Shown: piece after piece, positions 40,538 through 51,489 of the stretch
Layout of the letters: each line of letters begins with the position of its first letter
How positions within the stretch are numbered: the stretch's first letter is position 1
NCBI GenBank assembly: GCA_035546455.1
Contig: DASZXA010000016.1
Coordinates: 31,806-95,805 of the forward strand
DNA length: 64,000 nucleotides
Direction: 5' to 3'
Source of the DNA: Pseudolabrys sp.
GTDB lineage: Bacteria > Pseudomonadota > Alphaproteobacteria > Rhizobiales > Xanthobacteraceae
Notes under the pieces: model-generated
What the model saw: only the letters and a program-made list of their open reading frames with translations
What the model was told of the DNA's origin: nothing
Database searches by the model: none
Position numbers and translations under genes: made by a program

Positions 40538-41983
40538 ATGAATAAGCCAGTTCAGCCGAATGCTGTTGCCGAAGTCCGGGGTGGGCCGATCGTCGGGCGG
40601 CGGATCACCGAGGAGCTCGCGGCATTCTGTGTCGGCCTTAAGGCCGATGCCATTCCTGCGCCGGCTTATGATGCGGCGAAGCGCTTCCTGCTCGATTTCT
40701 GCGCCGTTGCCTTGCGCGGCTCGCTCGAGCAGTCGAGCCAGATCGTCGCCAGGATGGTCGAACGTTTGAGCCCTGCGCGCTCCGACGGTTCTCAGGTGAT
40801 CGGGCACGCCGTCCGCCATAGCCCTGAGTATGCCGCTCTCATCAACGGCACATCGCTGCACGGACTTGAGCTCGACGACATTCATCCCGTCGCCGCAATT
40901 CACCCGGGCGCTGCGATTTTTCCTGCCGTCCTCGCTATCGGCGAGGCGGTGAACGCATCCGGCAAAGATCTGCTCGCTGCGGTGATCGTGGGCTATGAGG
41001 TTTCGTGCCGCCTCTCGCGCGCATTGGTCCCCTCGGAACACGGGCCGCACGGCTTTCACTCGACCGCGACCTGCGGTGTGTTCGGCGCGACTGCCGCGAT
41101 CGCCCGTCTAATGGGCCTCACGGCGGACCAGTTGGTCAACGCGTTTGGGATCAATGGCAGCCAGGCGGCCGGCTCGGTTGAATTCCTGACCGATGGCGCA
41201 TGGACGAAGCGTATGCATCCCGGCTGGGCTGCGCACGGTGCGATCATCGCCGCGGAACTGGCCCGTGGCGGCTTCACCGGTCCGCGCCGAATCCTGGAAG
41301 GGAAGGCCGGCTTTCTACGGTCCTATTCGGATCGCCCTCAAGTCGATCGCGTACTGGCTGACCTGGGCGAAGGCTTCGAAATCCTTGGCGTTGCTGTGAA
41401 GCCACATGCGGCCTGCCGCTATAGCCAGGCCGCGATCGACGCCATCCTCGCACTGGTCGCCGAGCACGACGTGAAGCCCGATCAAGTCGATCGAGTGACC
41501 GTCGGCACCTTCCAAGGTGGAATCCCGATCGTTGCGGAGCCGCTTGCCGTCAAGCGGCGGCCTCGTTCGGTGGTCGATGCGCAATTCAGCATTCATTTCG
41601 CCAGCGCCGCCGCCATCATGCGGCGCGCCGTCACCCTCGCCGATTACAAACCCGACCGGATGTTTTCGCCCGAAATGCACGCGATGATGGACAAGGTCGA
41701 TTGCGTGCATGCGCCCGAACTCGACTCCCTGTTTCCCAAGCTTTGGCCCGCGAACGTGGAAATCGCCTTGCGCGGCGGCGCCAAGCTGCAGAAGCGGGTC
41801 GACGTTCTGCACGGCGATCCCGAAGACCCGCTCAGCTGGGACGAATTGATCGGCAAGGTGGATACAGTCGCGGCCGACGTCCTGCCGAAGGAGCGCCGCG
41901 CTTTGCTCGTCGCCGGCGTGCGCGATCTCGAAAATCGCTCCGTGCGCGCCTTCGCCGAGTTGCTGCGGAGACCGGCTGCATGA
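40538..41983 (+). CDS. MmgE/PrpD family protein
   Basis: LHGLELDDIH...HPG, GFHSTATCG, KRMHPGWAA, KPHAACRY. Confidence 0.93.
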   Translation: MNKPVQPNAVAEVRGGPIVGRRITEELAAFCVGLKADAIPAPAYDAAKRFLLDFCAVALRGSLEQSSQIVARMVERLSPARSDGSQVIGHAVRHSPEYAALINGTSLHGLELDDIHPVAAIHPGAAIFPAVLAIGEAVNASGKDLLAAVIVGYEVSCRLSRALVPSEHGPHGFHSTATCGVFGATAAIARLMGLTADQLVNAFGINGSQAAGSVEFLTDGAWTKRMHPGWAAHGAIIAAELARGGFTGPRRILEGKAGFLRSYSDRPQVDRVLADLGEGFEILGVAVKPHAACRYSQAAIDAILALVAEHDVKPDQVDRVTVGTFQGGIPIVAEPLAVKRRPRSVVDAQFSIHFASAAAIMRRAVTLADYKPDRMFSPEMHAMMDKVDCVHAPELDSLFPKLWPANVEIALRGGAKLQKRVDVLHGDPEDPLSWDELIGKVDTVAADVLPKERRALLVAGVRDLENRSVRAFAELLRRPAA

Positions 41984-42017
41984 AGCGGATCTTCAGCAAC
42001 ATTCTTGGGATTGCGGC

Positions 42018-42533
42018 ATGAAGAAGCTCTCGGACGCTGTCGCTTTTGTTGCCGGGGCCGTCGTTTGCGTGCTGCTCGTTGCGGCGTGCGTCATCGTCTT
42101 TACCGAGGTGCTGCTGCGCTATCTGTCGCTCGGTTCGCTGGCGTGGGCCGACGAAGCAGCGCGTTTCCTTTTCATCTGGATGTCGCTGCTCGGCGCTGCC
42201 TTGGGCGTCAGGGAAGGCATCCATTTCACCATCAATTTCATTTCCGATGCCGTTCCGAACCAGGTTCGCCGTGGCCTTGTCTTGATTGCCGCGGTCGGAA
42301 GCAGCCTCGTTTATCTCGTGATGATCGTGGAAGGCTGGCGCTTCGTCATTTTCAACCAGACTCAGCTGTCGCCCGCACTCGATATGTCTATGAGCGTTCC
42401 TTATCTCGTCGTGCCCGTTAGCGGCGCTCTGATGCTGTTCTTCACGTGGACCAATGTCGTGATGAACTGGAAGCATCCAGGAATGCGGCCCCCGCTGCTT
42501 GACGAATCGTCACTGCCGAACGCGGTGGAATAG
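42018..42533 (+). CDS. TRAP transporter small permease (DctQ)
   Basis: Four TMs, WADEAARFLFIWMSLLGA, EGIHFTI. Confidence 0.92.
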   Translation: MKKLSDAVAFVAGAVVCVLLVAACVIVFTEVLLRYLSLGSLAWADEAARFLFIWMSLLGAALGVREGIHFTINFISDAVPNQVRRGLVLIAAVGSSLVYLVMIVEGWRFVIFNQTQLSPALDMSMSVPYLVVPVSGALMLFFTWTNVVMNWKHPGMRPPLLDESSLPNAVE

Positions 42534-42542
42534 GGGCGTCGC

Positions 42543-43823
42543 ATGGCCATATTACTGTTCGGCTGCTTCCTGGGATTGCTTGTTCTTGCGGTACCGATCG
42601 CGCTGAGCCTCGGCCTATCGAGTCTCATCGTGCTCTTTTTCGGCGGTTTCCCGTCGGCCGTCTTGGCTCAGAAGATGTTTACGGGCCTCGACTCATTCCC
42701 GTTCCTTGCGGTACCTTTCTTCATTCTTGCCGGATCGCTGATGGAAACGGGCGGCATTTCCGCCCGTTTAGTGCGTCTCGCGACCGTTATGGTCGGCCAT
42801 ATCCGCGGCGGTCTGGGCATGGTCGTGGTCGTCGCCACGATATTCTTTTCCGATATTTCCGGCTCGTCGGTCGCCGACACCGCGGCGATCGGCTCGATCA
42901 TGATCCCGACGATGCTTAAGCGGCGCTATCCGCCGACGATTGCCGTTGCAATCGTCGCGGCTGCCGGCGCCGCGGGCATTCTCATCCCGCCGTGCATCAC
43001 GATGATCATTTACGCGCTCGTGACCAACGTATCGGTCGGCTATCTGTTCGCGGCTGGCTTTGTCCCCGGCGCGTTGATGGCGCTCTCGCTCATGGCGCTG
43101 ATCTATTACATCGCGCGCCGTGATGGCCTCCCGGCGGAGCCGCGCGCAACCTTCGCCGAATTTCGGATCGCGTTGTGGGACGCGATCCCGACCATGTTCA
43201 TGCCGGTGATCATCCTCGGCGGCATCTTGTCCGGTGTTTTCACCGCAACTGAATCGGCCGTAGTCGCCGTTGTATATGGCGCATTTCTCTCGCTCATCGT
43301 TTATCGCGAGTTGCGCCCACGCGATCTCCCGGCAATTTTGCTGAACACCGCCAAGCTGACCGGCATGGTCATGCTGGTCGTTGGGATGTCGACGACCTTT
43401 GCTTGGGTGCTGACGACGCAGCAAGTGCCGCAGAATCTGACGGCATGGATGCTCAGCATTTCAGACAGGCCTTGGGTTTTCCTGCTGATGGTCAACGTGC
43501 TGTTGCTGATCGTCGGGACATTCATGGACGCGACTGCCGCGGTCGTAGTGCTGATGCCGCTGCTCTATCCGATCGCGCAGCATATGCACATTGATCTTGT
43601 TCATTTCGGCATCGTCATCACGGCCAATCTCGGCCTCGGTCTCATTCATCCGCCGCTCGGTATCGCGCTCTTTATCGCATCGGGCATTGCCAAGGTGCCG
43701 GTCGAGAAAGTGATCAAACCGATGCTGCCGTTTCTCGCGGTGCTGATCGCTGCCTTGCTCATCATCACCTACGTCCCCGTGATTACTTTGTTCGTTCCAA
43801 GACTACTCGGTTATCCGGGCTGA
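42543..43823 (+). CDS. TRAP transporter large permease (DctM)
   Basis: FPFLAVPFFILAG, ISGSSVADTAAIG, GILIPPC, FTATESA, HFGIV, PPLG. Confidence 0.95.
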   Translation: MAILLFGCFLGLLVLAVPIALSLGLSSLIVLFFGGFPSAVLAQKMFTGLDSFPFLAVPFFILAGSLMETGGISARLVRLATVMVGHIRGGLGMVVVVATIFFSDISGSSVADTAAIGSIMIPTMLKRRYPPTIAVAIVAAAGAAGILIPPCITMIIYALVTNVSVGYLFAAGFVPGALMALSLMALIYYIARRDGLPAEPRATFAEFRIALWDAIPTMFMPVIILGGILSGVFTATESAVVAVVYGAFLSLIVYRELRPRDLPAILLNTAKLTGMVMLVVGMSTTFAWVLTTQQVPQNLTAWMLSISDRPWVFLLMVNVLLLIVGTFMDATAAVVVLMPLLYPIAQHMHIDLVHFGIVITANLGLGLIHPPLGIALFIASGIAKVPVEKVIKPMLPFLAVLIAALLIITYVPVITLFVPRLLGYPG

Positions 43824-43853
43824 AAAATCACTTACAAAAATGGGAGAGGAAAT

Positions 43854-44885
43854 ATGAAGGATCACAAGAGAAATAGTGCCGTGAGTCGGCGTTCCATTCT
43901 GAAGGCTTCTGTCGCCGCGGCGGCTGTCGGCGGTTTCGCTAGCTTCCGCACTCGTCCGGCGCGGAGCGCGACCGTCACGCTGCGTATCGGCAACGTCCAG
44001 GCCCCGACGCACGCCAACAGCCGCGCTCAGGATGTGTTCAAGAGCGAGCTCGAAAAACTGTCGGGTGGCCAGTTCAAGGTTGAGAGCTATCCGAACGGAC
44101 AGCTCGGCGGTATCCGGCCGCAAGTCGAAGCGACCAAGGCCGGCATTCAAGAGATGGTCGTCAGCAACCCCGCGATGATGTCCACCTTCGCGAAGGACAT
44201 GGACGTGATGAATTTGCTGTTCATGGCCAGCTCGCAGCAAAAGGTATGGGATGCCGTTGAGAAGGGTGAGCTTGGCAAGCGGCTGGCGGTCGATGCCGAG
44301 AAGTCAGGCTTTGTCCTGCTCGGCTGGTGGGCGCTCGGCGCGCGTCACATGCTCAACAACAAGCGGCCGATCAACGTGCCGGATGACCTCAAAGGCTCGA
44401 AGATGCGGGTCCAGGTCAGCCCGGTCTGGGTCAAGTCGATGCAGGCGATGGGTGCGAATCCCGTCAGCATGGATTTCGTCGAGGTCTACGGAGCGCTGCA
44501 GACCGGCGTGATCGATGGCTACGAGAACCTGTTTGCCGACGTCTATAAGGGCAAGTTCTACGAGGTCGTCAAATACATGTCGCTCACGGCGCATCAATAC
44601 GATCTGTTCAACGTTTTCATCAACAAGCGGATCTTCGACGGCTACACGCCCGAGCAGCAGCAAATGATCCGCACTGCGATGAACACGGCAACGGCCTGGC
44701 AGCGCAAGCAGCAGGAAGCCGATCAGCAGGAAGCTCAGGAAGCCCTGAAGAAGCTGCTGACCATGAACGAAGTGTCGGATGCAAACCGCAAGCTCTTCGC
44801 CGAGCGGTGCAAGCCGATCTGGACCGAGTCAGAGCAGCGTCTCGGCAAGGATCTCGTTCAGTTGGCGATCAAGGAACTGACCTGA
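43854..44885 (+). CDS. TRAP substrate-binding protein (DctP) with Tat signal
   Basis: SRRSIL twin-Arg signal, KMRVQ, PVSMDFVEVYGALQTGVIDGYEN, KYMSLTAHQY. Confidence 0.93.
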   Translation: MKDHKRNSAVSRRSILKASVAAAAVGGFASFRTRPARSATVTLRIGNVQAPTHANSRAQDVFKSELEKLSGGQFKVESYPNGQLGGIRPQVEATKAGIQEMVVSNPAMMSTFAKDMDVMNLLFMASSQQKVWDAVEKGELGKRLAVDAEKSGFVLLGWWALGARHMLNNKRPINVPDDLKGSKMRVQVSPVWVKSMQAMGANPVSMDFVEVYGALQTGVIDGYENLFADVYKGKFYEVVKYMSLTAHQYDLFNVFINKRIFDGYTPEQQQMIRTAMNTATAWQRKQQEADQQEAQEALKKLLTMNEVSDANRKLFAERCKPIWTESEQRLGKDLVQLAIKELT

Positions 44886-44899
44886 GCTTGATCGCGAAG

Positions 44900-44931
44900 A
44901 AGCCGATCCGGGTTTTATCCCGGGTCGGTTT
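44900..44931 (+). other. 13-bp stem-loop after dctP (stabiliser or partial terminator)
   Basis: aagccgatccggg-ttttat-cccgggtcggttt with G-U pairs. Confidence 0.55.
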
Positions 44932-44961
44932 CGCTCTTCTGTTGCGCCAAGGAGAACAAGA

Positions 44962-45714
44962 ATGTTTCGGAATTGCAGCCTTGCCGGCAAGGTGGCCGTC
45001 GTCACCGGCGCCGGTGGCGGTATTGGCCGCGCCGTGGCGAACGCCCTGGCAGCCGAGGAGTGCCGCCTGGTGCTGTCGGATTATGAGAAAGGATTGCTCG
45101 AGCAAACCGCGGCCGCAATCAAGACGCCTGTCGTTTACATCAAGGCTGACGTGGCGAAGAAGTCGGATGCAGAGGCGGTCTTCGCATTGGCGGATCGCGA
45201 GTACGGACAGGTCGATATTCTGGTGACGTGCGCGGGCACCATGAGCACGCAACGCATCCTTGAGATGACCGAGGTGGAATGGGACCGCACCTTTTCGATC
45301 AACACCAAAGGGACTTTCTTCTTTGTTCAGCAGGCGCTGATGCGGATGTTGCCGCGCAAGTCAGGCCGCATTGTTGCTATTGCGTCGGACACGGCGAAGC
45401 GCGGCGGCGGCCGCACCGCCACGTCCGCCTATGCAGCATCGAAGGCTGCGGTCGTCACGCTGGTTAAATCCGTCGCGCGCGAAATCGGCGGCTCCGGCGT
45501 TGCGATCAACAGCATCTGTCCGGGGCCGACAGATACGCCGATGCACTCTGCGCTGAGCGCCGATGCCAAGGCCAAGGCGGCCGCGACTTTGCCGCTCGCG
45601 CGTTTCGCCCAACCGCATGAAATCGCCAACGCGGTGGTGTTTCTCGCCTCGGACGCAGCGAGCTTTGTCTACGGCGAGAGCTTCAACGTCGACGGCGGCG
45701 TGCTGATGGAATGA
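44962..45714 (+). CDS. short-chain dehydrogenase/reductase
   Basis: TGAGGGIG, AYAASK, INSICPGPTDT, GESFNVDGG. Confidence 0.93.
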   Translation: MFRNCSLAGKVAVVTGAGGGIGRAVANALAAEECRLVLSDYEKGLLEQTAAAIKTPVVYIKADVAKKSDAEAVFALADREYGQVDILVTCAGTMSTQRILEMTEVEWDRTFSINTKGTFFFVQQALMRMLPRKSGRIVAIASDTAKRGGGRTATSAYAASKAAVVTLVKSVAREIGGSGVAINSICPGPTDTPMHSALSADAKAKAAATLPLARFAQPHEIANAVVFLASDAASFVYGESFNVDGGVLME

Positions 45715-45754
45715 GCGGTAACGGCAAAGAAACGATTGACCGAGGAGAAGACTA

Positions 45755-46765
45755 GTGAAAATGCGCAAGTTGGGCCGTAACGGTCCGCAAGTGTCGGCGA
45801 TCGGATTCGGTTGTTACGAGCTGACCGGGTCGTTCGGAAAAATCGACGATAAGGACGCAGCTGCCGTTCTGATGCATGCGCTCGATATTGGCATCACGCT
45901 GCTCGACACGGCGGATATTTATGGGCCGCACACCAACGAGGAACTTGTGGGCCGCACCATCAAGAGCAGGCGCGACCGCGTCTTCCTGTCGACCAAATTC
46001 GGCCAAGAGATTCTGGGCGCATCGGCAGAGAACAAGACCGCGAACGCTGTCGCGACCCGTATCAATGGCAGTCCCGAATATGTCCGGTGGGCGTGCGATC
46101 AATCGCTCAAGCGCCTGGGTGTCGATCATGTCGATATGTATATCCAGCACCGCGTCGATCCGACTGTCCCGATTGAAGAGACGGTCGGTGCCATGGCCGA
46201 TCTCGTCAAGCAGGGCAAGGTTCGCTACATCGGGCTCTCGGAGCCGGCGCCGGCCACCGTGCGCCGCGCGCACAAGGTGCATCCGATCGCGGCCATCGAA
46301 TCCGAATATTCGTTATGGACGCGCGATCCGGAAGGCGAAATGTTCAGCACCCTCAAGGAACTGGGTGTCGGTTTCATCGCATTCAGCCCGTTGGGTCGCG
46401 GATTTCTGACCAACACGTTGAAGAAGCTTTCCGATCTACCGGCCGGGGATTTGCGCCGGTTTTATCCGCGCTTTGAGGAGGAGCACTTCAACAAAAATCA
46501 GGCCCTGCTGATCCCGCTGGAGGAAATTGCCAAGGAGCTGGAAATCACCACGGCGCAATTATCGCTCGCGTGGGTGTTGCACCAAGGCGACTTCATCGTG
46601 CCCATTCCCGGCACGAAGCGACAAAAATATCTGGACCAGAATGTTGCTGCGACCGAAATCGTTTTATCCAAGCAGGTTCTTGAACGAATGGATCAGGCCA
46701 TGCCGAAGGGTATTGCGTCGGGCCTGCGCTACAGCGAAGCGGACATGCAGCGGATAAACCGGTAA
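45755..46765 (+). CDS. aldo/keto reductase
   Basis: LDTADIYG, LSTKFG, HRVDP, YIGLSE, SEYSLWTRDPE, PIPGTKR. Confidence 0.95.
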   Translation: MKMRKLGRNGPQVSAIGFGCYELTGSFGKIDDKDAAAVLMHALDIGITLLDTADIYGPHTNEELVGRTIKSRRDRVFLSTKFGQEILGASAENKTANAVATRINGSPEYVRWACDQSLKRLGVDHVDMYIQHRVDPTVPIEETVGAMADLVKQGKVRYIGLSEPAPATVRRAHKVHPIAAIESEYSLWTRDPEGEMFSTLKELGVGFIAFSPLGRGFLTNTLKKLSDLPAGDLRRFYPRFEEEHFNKNQALLIPLEEIAKELEITTAQLSLAWVLHQGDFIVPIPGTKRQKYLDQNVAATEIVLSKQVLERMDQAMPKGIASGLRYSEADMQRINR

Positions 46766-46875
46766 TCTTAGTTGTCTCAAAGTGGACAAGGCCAATTCGA
46801 TGAACCGGCTTCGCGTCGTACTATTAGGCGTTGGTAAAACGTGCTGCCATTGATGACAGCGGCTGAAAACAGAAA

Positions 46876-47898
46876 ATGGCTGGTAAATCACAGGAAGTGA
46901 CGAAATTCAGTCGGTCGCGCTTCTGTGTCGCGCCGATGATGGAATGGACCGATCGGCATTGCCGGTATTTCCACCGGCTGCTGACGCGTCAGGCGCTGCT
47001 TTACACCGAGATGCTGACGACCGGCGCGATCCTGCACGGCGACCGCACCCGCCTCTTGGGGTTCGATGCGTTCGAGCAACCGGTGGCGCTTCAGCTCGGC
47101 GGCTGCGATCCGGCGGCGCTGGCGGAAAGTGCGTGCATCGGCGAAGGCTTCGGCTACAGCGAGATCAACCTCAACGTCGGCTGCCCGTCCGATCGCGTGC
47201 AGGAGGGCCGCTTCGGCGCCTGCCTGATGGCCGAGCCCTCGCTCGTTGCCGATTGCGTCGTGGCGATGAAGCGCACGGTTCGCGTGCCGGTGACGGTGAA
47301 GTGCCGTATCGGCATCGACGACCAGGATCCGGAGCAGTCGTTGTTTGCCTTCGCCGCCGCGATGAAATCCGCCGGCGCAGACGCGCTGATCGTCCATGCC
47401 CGCAAGGCCTGGCTCAAGGGCTTGTCGCCACGCGAGAACCGCGAGGTGCCGCCGCTCGATTATCCGCTGGTGCATCGCCTCAAGGCGGTACATCCGCATT
47501 TTGAGATCGTCATCAATGGCGGGATTGCCAGCGTCGATGCTGCGCAAGACGAGCTTGCGCGTGTGGATGGCGTGATGATGGGCCGCGCGGCCTATCAGGA
47601 GCCGTGGCGTCTGCTGGCCGTCGATCCGCAGCTTTACGGTCAGCCTGCGCCGTTCGTGTCGGTCAAAGAAGCCGCCGTCGCGATGATCCCATATATCGAG
47701 CGCGAGCTTGCGCATGGCGGGCGCCTCCATTCGATCACGCGGCACATGCTGGGCGCATTCCGCGCGGTGCCCGGCGCGCGGGCGTTCCGCCGTCATCTTT
47801 CCACCGAAGCTGTGAAGCCGGGCGCTGGCGTCCGGGTTCTTGTCGAAGCGCTGGACATGGTTCGCGATGTGAGCGAGCCGGCGCACATCGCCGCATGA
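46876..47898 (+). CDS. dusA: tRNA-dihydrouridine(20/20a) synthase DusA
   Basis: VAPMMEWTDRHCRYF, INLNVGCPSDRVQEGRFGACLM, VKCRIG, VHARKAWLKGLSP. Confidence 0.96.
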   Translation: MAGKSQEVTKFSRSRFCVAPMMEWTDRHCRYFHRLLTRQALLYTEMLTTGAILHGDRTRLLGFDAFEQPVALQLGGCDPAALAESACIGEGFGYSEINLNVGCPSDRVQEGRFGACLMAEPSLVADCVVAMKRTVRVPVTVKCRIGIDDQDPEQSLFAFAAAMKSAGADALIVHARKAWLKGLSPRENREVPPLDYPLVHRLKAVHPHFEIVINGGIASVDAAQDELARVDGVMMGRAAYQEPWRLLAVDPQLYGQPAPFVSVKEAAVAMIPYIERELAHGGRLHSITRHMLGAFRAVPGARAFRRHLSTEAVKPGAGVRVLVEALDMVRDVSEPAHIAA

Positions 47899-48725
47899 TC
47901 CTCGGCGTCCCTGCGGGCGAAGTTGCGTTGCTGGTCGCCCTGATCGTGTGCGGTGGCGCGCTGGTCGGCGTTCTGGCCGGACTGTTCGGCATCGGCGGGG
48001 GCGCCGTCATCATCCCGGTGCTGTACGAAGTGTTCGGCGTGCTTGGCGTGCCGGAAAATCTGCGCATGCAATTGTGCATCGGCACTTCGCTCGCGATCAT
48101 CATTCCGACCACCATCCGTTCTTATCTGTCGCACAAGGCGAAGGGGGCCGGCGATCCGCAGGTGATCCGCGTTTGGACGCTGCCGGCGATCTGCGGCGTT
48201 GCCATCGGCTCGGCAATCGCTTCGTTCGCACCGGCGCCTGTGTTCAAGATTACCTTCATGATCTTTGCCGCGCTCATCAGCATCCGCATGTTGACGGGCA
48301 CGGATCGCTGGTCGCTCGGTGACGATCTCCCGGGCCGGCCGCTACTGGCGTTTTTTGGCCTGCTGACCGGACTGGTGTCGTCTCTTGTCGGCGTTAGCGG
48401 CGGCTCGGTGTCGAACGCCGTGCTCACGTTTTACGGCCGCTCGATGCAGCAGGCGGTCGCGACGTCGGCGGGCATCGGCGTGCCGATCACCATTGCCGGC
48501 ACCATCGGCTACATTTTGGCCGGTTGGCGGCATACGCCGGAAATGCCGATGCTCACACTGGGCTTCGTCTCATTGATCGGCTTTGTGCTGATTGCGCCGG
48601 TCTCGATCTACACCGCGAGTTACGGTGTCCGATTGGCGCACTGGCTGCCGCGCCGCAAGCTGGAAATCGCCTTCGCGATTTTTCTCGCTGTTGTTTCGCT
48701 GCGCTTCCTGCTCAGTCTGCTCTGA
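47895..48725 (+). CDS. sulfite exporter TauE/SafE family protein
   Basis: GLFGIGGG and GVSGG repeats, eight hydrophobic segments; ATGA overlap with dusA. Confidence 0.9.
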   Translation: MILGVPAGEVALLVALIVCGGALVGVLAGLFGIGGGAVIIPVLYEVFGVLGVPENLRMQLCIGTSLAIIIPTTIRSYLSHKAKGAGDPQVIRVWTLPAICGVAIGSAIASFAPAPVFKITFMIFAALISIRMLTGTDRWSLGDDLPGRPLLAFFGLLTGLVSSLVGVSGGSVSNAVLTFYGRSMQQAVATSAGIGVPITIAGTIGYILAGWRHTPEMPMLTLGFVSLIGFVLIAPVSIYTASYGVRLAHWLPRRKLEIAFAIFLAVVSLRFLLSLL

Positions 48726-48726
48726 T

Positions 48727-49440
48727 TTAGCGTGCGCTGCGCAAGCGCAGCTTGTCACCACGGACTTCCCAGCTGTCCAGCCGGTTCAGGAACGTCATGC
48801 CCAGCAGATTGCTCTTGAGGCCGCCGGCCTGAACCACCAGCGCGGGAACCTCGCGCTCGGTCAGGCCGCCGACGACGATGCGGTCGAGTGTGACCGGTGC
48901 GGCTTGCATTCGACCGTTCGCGGTATCGACGTTCACCGTGTAGGCGAGCAGGTCGATCGGCAGGCCGGCCGCTTTGGCCGCGTCCTGCGTCAGGATGACC
49001 GAGGTTGCGCCGGTATCGAGCAGCATCGCTACCTTGGCGCCGTTGACCTGCGTGTGAACCGAGAAGTCGCCGCTCTTGCCACGCACGATCTCGACGATCT
49101 GGCCATGCGTCGCGGCGCGGCCCGGAATGAGCTCGGCCAGCACGCGGTCGCCTGCTTCGTGCAGCTCGGCGCGATAGGCGTAGCCCACCGCGATCAACAG
49201 GCCGATTACCACCCAGAACAGTGCCGCTTCGAGCGCCTTGGTGATGTGCTTACGAAATATCATCAGCACCAGGCCGCCGACAAAGACGGCCATCGCAACC
49301 TTGAGAACGATGTCGGAGACATTGTGCTGAATCAGCCGGGTGATCGCGTCCTCGTCGTGGCTGGCGATCAGGATCGCCAGCGACAGCGCGACACCGAGCA
49401 GCAAGGACCAAAGCAGGCGGCGGCTCACGCGGTCACCCAT
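48727..49440 (-). CDS. clan AA aspartic protease (TIGR02281 type)
   Basis: Three TMs then MLLDTGAT, TANG, LLGMTFL. Confidence 0.92.
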   Translation of the reverse strand: MGDRVSRRLLWSLLLGVALSLAILIASHDEDAITRLIQHNVSDIVLKVAMAVFVGGLVLMIFRKHITKALEAALFWVVIGLLIAVGYAYRAELHEAGDRVLAELIPGRAATHGQIVEIVRGKSGDFSVHTQVNGAKVAMLLDTGATSVILTQDAAKAAGLPIDLLAYTVNVDTANGRMQAAPVTLDRIVVGGLTEREVPALVVQAGGLKSNLLGMTFLNRLDSWEVRGDKLRLRSAR

Positions 49441-49642
49441 TCGCCGGTTGGGCTGCGCGGGCGGCTAGCCGCGCGGGCAGCTCGGCCATGATCCGCTTGC
49501 GCTCGGCGCCGGTCATCCGCACCCAGCCCGCGATTTCCGCAAGCGTGCGGCCGCAACCGCGGCACAAGCCGGCGTGGGTATCCAGCGTACAGATCTTCAC
49601 GCAAGGACTTTCAATCGGGTTTTCAGCGGCGGGTTCAGGCAT
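49433..49642 (-). CDS. DUF1289 family protein
   Basis: SPCVKIC...CRGCGRTLAEIAGW. Confidence 0.9.
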   Translation of the reverse strand: MPEPAAENPIESPCVKICTLDTHAGLCRGCGRTLAEIAGWVRMTGAERKRIMAELPARLAARAAQPANG

Positions 49643-49713
49643 CTGGCGGACTCGAAATTGCGCCGCACCTTAAATCGGATCGGGGAGAAGACAATCGGCG
49701 TGAAAGTCGCAGC

Positions 49714-51297
<1,584 letters not shown>

Positions 51298-51489
51298 TTA
51301 ACGCACTTCACACACTCGGCCGCGGGCGAAACTGGCGGAAATTCGTTAAGGCCAAGCTTAAGAGGGGGCTAAAGATGCTGGTTAACGAAAAGGCATAGCT
51401 CCCAAAACGCTCGTTTCCCGGCCTTGACCAGTGTATTCGCGCCGTGATTCCGTGATTTCGGCCGTTTTCGAGCGATTTAGGGGGATGCG

